A stretch of DNA of 52,603 nucleotides from the IMG/VR virus record IMGVR_UViG_3300048121_000820, positions 1-52,603 of that record; one strand, written 5' to 3'. The DNA is from a virus (lineage: Duplodnaviria > Caudoviricetes). The notes under the pieces are model-generated. The model was not told the DNA's origin, did no database searches, and saw nothing but the letters and a program-made list of their open reading frames with translations. Position 1 is the first letter of the stretch, and each line of letters starts with the position of its first letter. The translations under genes were made by a program, and so were the position numbers. Below are positions 47,548 through 52,603 of this stretch, piece after piece.

Positions 47548-49578
47548 TCAAGTAATGTTATATTCAAGTGTTATAGTAATAGCTACGCCTCCCATGGTTT
47601 TAGATGTTCCAAAAGCCTCTGTAGTTTGATACAAAAGACCTATTAAATCTCCAGCATTAAAAGTAAAATCACTGTCTGCAAATTCATAATAAGCGGTCAT
47701 GTTTGTACTAGCAGTATTAGCCACAGTTGCAGCGTATGTTGTTGCAGATGTAACATTGTTTACGTGTTTTTTAAAATTAACTGCAGTTGCAGTAGGTGTT
47801 GAACCCCCTCCGTGTCTTACATATACTTTTTTAACCCTGCCATCATAAGCAGCAACCATTCTATTGTATGCTTGAGCGCTAGTTACCGTGGCTGTAGTAT
47901 TGTAAGAGGTAAAATAATAGTTAGAGTTTTCTACTTTTTCAGCCCCATAACTAATTACGTTTTGTTTAATATAACCTTTATAAGCGTCTGTAGTTGCTGT
48001 TGCTTTTACAGCCCCATTAACTTCAAGTTTTTCACTTGGGTTAGTTACCCCTATACCAGCATTGCCTGTTGAGGTTTTGATTGTAAAAACATCTGAATTA
48101 TTAAGATTTACAAACATTCCGCCGCTACTAGCATCACCAATCAGCCTTATTCTAGCCAACGTATAAGGTGATGTTCGCTTATAATGCGTCCATTCAGACC
48201 CAATAAACCCTGGATTTTGGTGCCAGGAAATTCCCCCCATGTTTGGAGAACTATTGTTCGCATAAGCATAGAGGCCCTGAGTAGGATAAGTAGAGGTGGA
48301 GTTTAATCTTATGTTTCCATCTTGCACAGTAAGTTTATCGGTAGGGCTAGTAGTCCCAATGCCTACTTTGCCAGCCATATCACAAGTTAAAGCTGTACTA
48401 AAATTAGATTTTAAAGTAAGAGTAGTAGCTCCTAATATTACACCTGACTGATCTAAATTACTTGTTCCAACAGAAAATGCAGCTGAATAACTATCAAGAT
48501 TTAACCTACTATTGCCCGATACATTATTAAGTCTAAAAGTATTGCTTCCTGTGTTATGAATTAAAGATCCTTCTTGAGTTCCTGATGAATTATCGAAAGA
48601 AATAGTGCAGGGCGCAACTGATAAGTCTGCTTGTAGTTTTAAAGTAGGCGCAACATCATAAATGTGTAATTTAGAGCTTGGACTAGTCGTCCCAATACCT
48701 ACTCTTGATGTTCTACCGTCTACGACTAGTATCTCTGACCCTGCACCCCAGCTATTACCTATTTGTACATATCCTTTCGTAGTACCGTCTGCTATGTGCG
48801 TAACAGCCATTTTACTTGTAGTTCCTTGAGTAAACCTTAAACCGTTATATGTTTGACTTGCGTTAGAATTAACTAAGTCTAATAAAGAACCTTGACTAGT
48901 TCCCTCAAGTTTTGTAGTAACTATAGCAGTGTCTCTAACGTGCAGTCTTCTATCAGGACTAGTAGTTCCAATACCAACGTTGCCTGAAGAAGATACAATT
49001 CTCATAAACTCACTTGAGCCTGATCCAAATACTAAAGGTTTTGATGTATCACTTGATCTCATATATGCTGAGCTGATACTACCATCATATCCAAAAATAG
49101 CTCTACTTCCTACCATTGATATATAATTACTATCAGAAGAAGAACCTCCACTTTGTATTTTTATATTTCCAGCTACTTCTAATTTTTCACCTGGACTAGT
49201 AGTTCCAATACCAACGTTGCCGTCTCCTTTTACATTAAGTATAGGGCTGCCAGCATTTTTTCTAATAACAAAGTCAGGCTCTGTTACTCCACCGTCCATT
49301 CTAAAATCAAAACCACCGTAATTATCTGCTGCTTCGTCTTGAATGCTTTCAAACCTAACGTTGTCATCCATTACTTTTATAGATAGCGCTTGGCTAGTGC
49401 CTCCCAGTCTTGTTATGTAAAATGGAGTTGTTCCAGTATTAGTGTTGAATTGAGCGCCCCCGTCTACGTCTAACTTATGATCTGGACTAGCCGTTCCAAT
49501 CCCTACCCTATTATTAGCAGTGTCTGTGTACAACACGCCGTTGTCCACGTCAATTCCATTAAGAATTTTAATTGACAT
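47548..49578 (-). CDS. Tail fibre with repeated G(N/K)VGIGTTSP modules
   Basis: Six VGIGT-type repeats, each followed by a variable segment. Confidence 0.8.
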   Translation of the reverse strand: MSIKILNGIDVDNGVLYTDTANNRVGIGTASPDHKLDVDGGAQFNTNTGTTPFYITRLGGTSQALSIKVMDDNVRFESIQDEAADNYGGFDFRMDGGVTEPDFVIRKNAGSPILNVKGDGNVGIGTTSPGEKLEVAGNIKIQSGGSSSDSNYISMVGSRAIFGYDGSISSAYMRSSDTSKPLVFGSGSSEFMRIVSSSGNVGIGTTSPDRRLHVRDTAIVTTKLEGTSQGSLLDLVNSNASQTYNGLRFTQGTTSKMAVTHIADGTTKGYVQIGNSWGAGSEILVVDGRTSRVGIGTTSPSSKLHIYDVAPTLKLQADLSVAPCTISFDNSSGTQEGSLIHNTGSNTFRLNNVSGNSRLNLDSYSAAFSVGTSNLDQSGVILGATTLTLKSNFSTALTCDMAGKVGIGTTSPTDKLTVQDGNIRLNSTSTYPTQGLYAYANNSSPNMGGISWHQNPGFIGSEWTHYKRTSPYTLARIRLIGDASSGGMFVNLNNSDVFTIKTSTGNAGIGVTNPSEKLEVNGAVKATATTDAYKGYIKQNVISYGAEKVENSNYYFTSYNTTATVTSAQAYNRMVAAYDGRVKKVYVRHGGGSTPTATAVNFKKHVNNVTSATTYAATVANTASTNMTAYYEFADSDFTFNAGDLIGLLYQTTEAFGTSKTMGGVAITITLEYNIT
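48956..49221. repeat. Exact 29-bp direct repeat (48956-48984 and 49193-49221)
   Basis: GGACTAGTAGTTCCAATACCAACGTTGCC twice; encodes GNVGIGTTSP on the minus strand. Confidence 0.9.
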
Positions 49579-49600
49579 AAATTAAATTATTATTTTAATA

Positions 49601-51457
49601 TTAGCTATAAGCTACTGTACCCGTTGTTGCCCCTTTTAATGATGTAATAAGAACTTCTATGTTATTTGTTGGAACCGCTGAAAAGTAAATTGTAACCTTG
49701 CTTGTAGAGTTTGTACCTGCTTTGGTTTTTCTTTCTACTAAGGCAAATACCGTTTCCTTTGTTGTGGCGTCAAACAATTCAACCATTACGTCTTCAGTAC
49801 CTAAGCCGTGATTGATCTCAGCGTATAAGTTTGCACCTGAAACTGAAGCCGCTGAAATTGTTGCTGTAACTGATTTACAAGCCAATGTGTCTGGTGTCAA
49901 AACTCTAGAGCCGTCCACACCAGCTAAAACTTCCGCACAAGTTGCTAATTCTACAACACCTTTATTTGTTGTACTAGCGTTTTCAGCGCTAAATGTTATT
50001 GTTTCGTTACTTGACTGGTTCAAAGTAAATGCTCCTCCTCCGTCTAATCCATCGCCAGCGTTTAGAGTTATAGTAGCGTCGTTTGGAGCAGCTCCAGCAG
50101 CAACCCAACTAAATGAACCATCGCCGTCAGAAGCTAATAAATAACCTGAAGTTCCATTACCAGAAACATTAAGCTCAGTAGCTCCTACAACATTAGCGTC
50201 TATATTAGCGTTTAAAACAACATTTGCAGCACCATTAAAACTAACCGCACTGGCTGTAATATCGCCAGTTATAGAAAAGTTTCTTGAAGTTTCTAGTCTT
50301 GTAGCTGTAACAGCATTACCTTCTAAGTCGGCAATTAATGTACCTGTAGTAGCAATTGTACCCGTGCCAGCTGGTTCTGTTGTGGCAATACCTAAAGAGA
50401 ATTTAGGTGTTGAAACGCCAGTACTAGCATCATACCACATACCTGGGTATTTTGTCCCAGAAGAAACAATCTTACCGTACCAACCGATATCTGAAGCGTT
50501 AGCTGTATTATCTTTAGCGTACTTCATCATATTGTCGCCAATAGCAACAGTTGTTGAGTCTATAGTTGTTGTTGTTCCTTGAACATCTAAGTTACCACCT
50601 ATTGTTACGGTTGTTCCGTCATCTGAAATAGAAGAGTCTTCTATGCCTGTTCCTCCTGTTGACCATTTTGGCACTGTGTTTGCTGTGCCAGTGCCTGTTA
50701 CTGTACCCTGATTAGCAGCGTCTATAGTAATCTCATTACTTCCGTCATCCGTTAGCGTTATATTTGTTCCGGCAACAAATTTCACAACGTCCTGCGACGC
50801 ATCACTACCGTTTAAAAGCAAAACAACATCGTTCCCGGACTGGTCAGATTCTAAATCATAAGTTGTGTCGTCAGAATCTGGTAATTGAAACCTAGCTAAG
50901 TTTATAGCCGTAACGTGGCCTGTTGCATTCGTGGTAACGCTTGATACAACATCAAAAGCATCACCGAAGTCTAATTGCGCGGGAAATGTATTCGTATCTG
51001 TCCTAGACGTGTTATCGTGAGATATATTTATTGTAACATTATCCGCGTCATTTGCTGTAAATGTTCCAGTGCCTCCTAAAACGCCTGTTCCTTGAACTGT
51101 TAATGTTCCATCGTTTACAGTTGGTATACTTGGAAAAGTTACTAAATTTCCTTGACCATTTACGTATTCAGAAGATGCACCATCAAAAGACAATGTTAGC
51201 GTACCATTTTGTATTATTGTATTACCAGAAGTTGCATTACCATCTGAATCCAATGTAACGCTAGTAATACCAGTATCAGTTCCATCTAAGCTAATCCAAG
51301 CGCTGCCGTTGTAATACTGCAGGGTATTCGTTCCTGTGTCGTAAATAAATTTACCCTCAACATTAGATGCGGTTGTTGTTGTTGTTTTGTGAAGTATCGC
51401 ATTTTGTAATTCAGATACGCTTCGTAAGTCTAAGTGATTTAAAAATGGAATTGCCAT
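49601..51457 (-). CDS. Tail fibre/structural protein
   Basis: T/G/S/A-rich, 618 aa; fibre motifs (GNA.TAT.L...R, KGVVELAT, HGLGT.DV.V). Confidence 0.75.
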   Translation of the reverse strand: MAIPFLNHLDLRSVSELQNAILHKTTTTTASNVEGKFIYDTGTNTLQYYNGSAWISLDGTDTGITSVTLDSDGNATSGNTIIQNGTLTLSFDGASSEYVNGQGNLVTFPSIPTVNDGTLTVQGTGVLGGTGTFTANDADNVTINISHDNTSRTDTNTFPAQLDFGDAFDVVSSVTTNATGHVTAINLARFQLPDSDDTTYDLESDQSGNDVVLLLNGSDASQDVVKFVAGTNITLTDDGSNEITIDAANQGTVTGTGTANTVPKWSTGGTGIEDSSISDDGTTVTIGGNLDVQGTTTTIDSTTVAIGDNMMKYAKDNTANASDIGWYGKIVSSGTKYPGMWYDASTGVSTPKFSLGIATTEPAGTGTIATTGTLIADLEGNAVTATRLETSRNFSITGDITASAVSFNGAANVVLNANIDANVVGATELNVSGNGTSGYLLASDGDGSFSWVAAGAAPNDATITLNAGDGLDGGGAFTLNQSSNETITFSAENASTTNKGVVELATCAEVLAGVDGSRVLTPDTLACKSVTATISAASVSGANLYAEINHGLGTEDVMVELFDATTKETVFALVERKTKAGTNSTSKVTIYFSAVPTNNIEVLITSLKGATTGTVAYS

Positions 51458-51461
51458 ATTT

Positions 51462-52151
51462 TTAGTTTAAATAAGCGTAACCACTTTCTGCGGCCGCTAG
51501 GTTAATTGTTAAGTTGTTTTGATCTATATATTGTACTCCAGCAAACGCTCCCACGTTTTCATATACCTGGTTACTGCTGGAGAATTTTATGCTAACGCTT
51601 GGAAATTTATTTAAGTTGTGATTTATAGTCCAAGTTGTCGAAGCGTTTATTTGCCTATGCGCATATGTTGCGTCCTGAGCATACATTGATATCGCATATA
51701 TTTTTTCTAAAGCAAGGGAGCCGTTGCTAGATATGTGATCCAGCTCTACGTCATAATTATTTAAATTATTTACGTCTTCGGCTATGTTTGTAACATCAAA
51801 TAATCCATAGACATTTGGGTCCACTATATCAACGAGTAATATTCTTTTGCCTCTATATTCTAGCAAAAAGTTTTGTATATTTTTATCACCCTTAGTAACT
51901 TCATTTAACTTTATAGTTGTTAAGCCACTTATTGAAGCACCATCTAATGGGCCATATAACCCTCCTGCTTCTATTGTGTCTACAAATTCCCAAGAATGTT
52001 GGCCATTTACGTTTACAAATCCTTTAGATAAAAACTCACCTAGATCCTCTAGTTTAAAGTTCTTAGTAAGTGACCCTGAAGAATCAGTACCTATAACCTT
52101 ATCCTCTTTGGTTACGTTACTATCTATTGCATACGTACTAATCCTAGCCAT
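51462..52151 (-). CDS. Structural (tail-fibre-related) protein
   Basis: MARISTY..D.....D..IGTD N-terminus; W.I.HNL.KFPSV C-terminal domain. Confidence 0.65.
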   Translation of the reverse strand: MARISTYAIDSNVTKEDKVIGTDSSGSLTKNFKLEDLGEFLSKGFVNVNGQHSWEFVDTIEAGGLYGPLDGASISGLTTIKLNEVTKGDKNIQNFLLEYRGKRILLVDIVDPNVYGLFDVTNIAEDVNNLNNYDVELDHISSNGSLALEKIYAISMYAQDATYAHRQINASTTWTINHNLNKFPSVSIKFSSSNQVYENVGAFAGVQYIDQNNLTINLAAAESGYAYLN

Positions 52152-52550
52152 TTAGTCTTTTTTTGTTATAGCTTTTGCTTTTTCCCAAGTTCTACCCACA
52201 AAGTAGGCTCCATACGCCGTTACAAGTAATGTTTGAAATATTGGTATATATTCTTCGGCTATACTAAATTCACCTATGTTACCATCAAAAAAAGCACAAA
52301 CAGTAAATATAACAGTTAAGTATATAAGGACCATAGGTCTTATATTTTTAGATAAGAAGCTGTCGGACTCCATGTCCGCTTTCCACCTTGCTGTTACTTG
52401 CTCTTGTGCCTCTTTGTCAGCTTTCTCAAGAATTTCAGTTATTAGCCTATGAGCCTCCAACTTCTCTTCTTTGGTAGTAGTTAGTTTGTCAATAACATTA
52501 CCAACTTCTTTGATAACGTTACCGGTTAACCATTGCCAAATTTTTTTCAT
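52152..52550 (-). CDS. 3TM-type holin
   Basis: VTARWKADM.SDS.LSKNIRP followed by TM helices and YFVGRT.EK. Confidence 0.75.
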   Translation of the reverse strand: MKKIWQWLTGNVIKEVGNVIDKLTTTKEEKLEAHRLITEILEKADKEAQEQVTARWKADMESDSFLSKNIRPMVLIYLTVIFTVCAFFDGNIGEFSIAEEYIPIFQTLLVTAYGAYFVGRTWEKAKAITKKD

Positions 52551-52603
52551 TTTTTATAAGGGAATGCTTTATTTAATTTTTCTTTTCTTTTAGAACACCC
52601 GCA
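52547..52603 (-). CDS. Hypothetical protein, truncated by window edge
   Basis: ...CGCSKRKEKLNKAFPYKK*, ATGA-coupled to the holin. Confidence 0.55.
   Translation of the reverse strand, partial: CGCSKRKEKLNKAFPYKK

Noticed and set aside
47548-51457. Diversity-generating retroelement targeting the fibres
   Set aside because: No reverse transcriptase in the window and no adenine-specific TR/VR pair seen; the repeats are short junction motifs.
16393-52155. Numerous + strand ORFs within the structural block (e.g. 17963-18505, 32967-33359) and nested ORFs such as 44417-45049
   Set aside because: They lie wholly inside well-supported genes and have shadow-like composition with no motifs.
1-52603. 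Stop-codon reassignment as in some crAss-like phages
   Set aside because: Long genes are intact under code 11, TAG and TGA both end genes normally, and no suppressor tRNA is seen.

Overview
This window is a large part of a dsDNA tailed-phage genome, most likely a podovirus-type phage of Bacteroidota/Flavobacteriia. The host call is inferred from A-rich, SD-less translation starts, a Flavobacterium-like RNR and a crAss-like structural module. There are two convergent transcription blocks that meet at a terminator at ~15870-15900. The + strand (1-15853) carries early small ORFs, a structured ncRNA cluster, Gp88-like, KTSC, DenV-like and sigma-70 genes, then ERF/exonuclease recombination genes, SSB, primase-helicase, ThyA, MazG-like proteins, a resolvase and RNR. 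The - strand (52603-15899) carries a holin, tail fibres, terminase, portal, scaffold, major capsid protein, ring and muzzle proteins, ejected cargo proteins (including a 2886-aa giant) and an M15 endolysin. Three observations stand out. (1) An array of abutting RNA hairpins at 1371-1596 shares a covarying apical motif with NGUAA (Thr-anticodon-like) heptamers and ends in an 80-nt tmRNA-TLD-like RNA with a G3·U70 pair and no mRNA-like domain. (2) A strictly spaced motif, TAAAAACG-N10-GATAATA, occurs four times as a putative early promoter, once directly in front of the phage sigma gene. (3) The giant virion protein has no visible RNAP catalytic motif but contains sigma-region-2-like, degenerate zincin and HAD phosphatase segments separated by a recurring short motif. 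This suggests a virion-delivered polyprotein that may start early transcription. All family assignments come from motif recognition by eye; no database searches were run.
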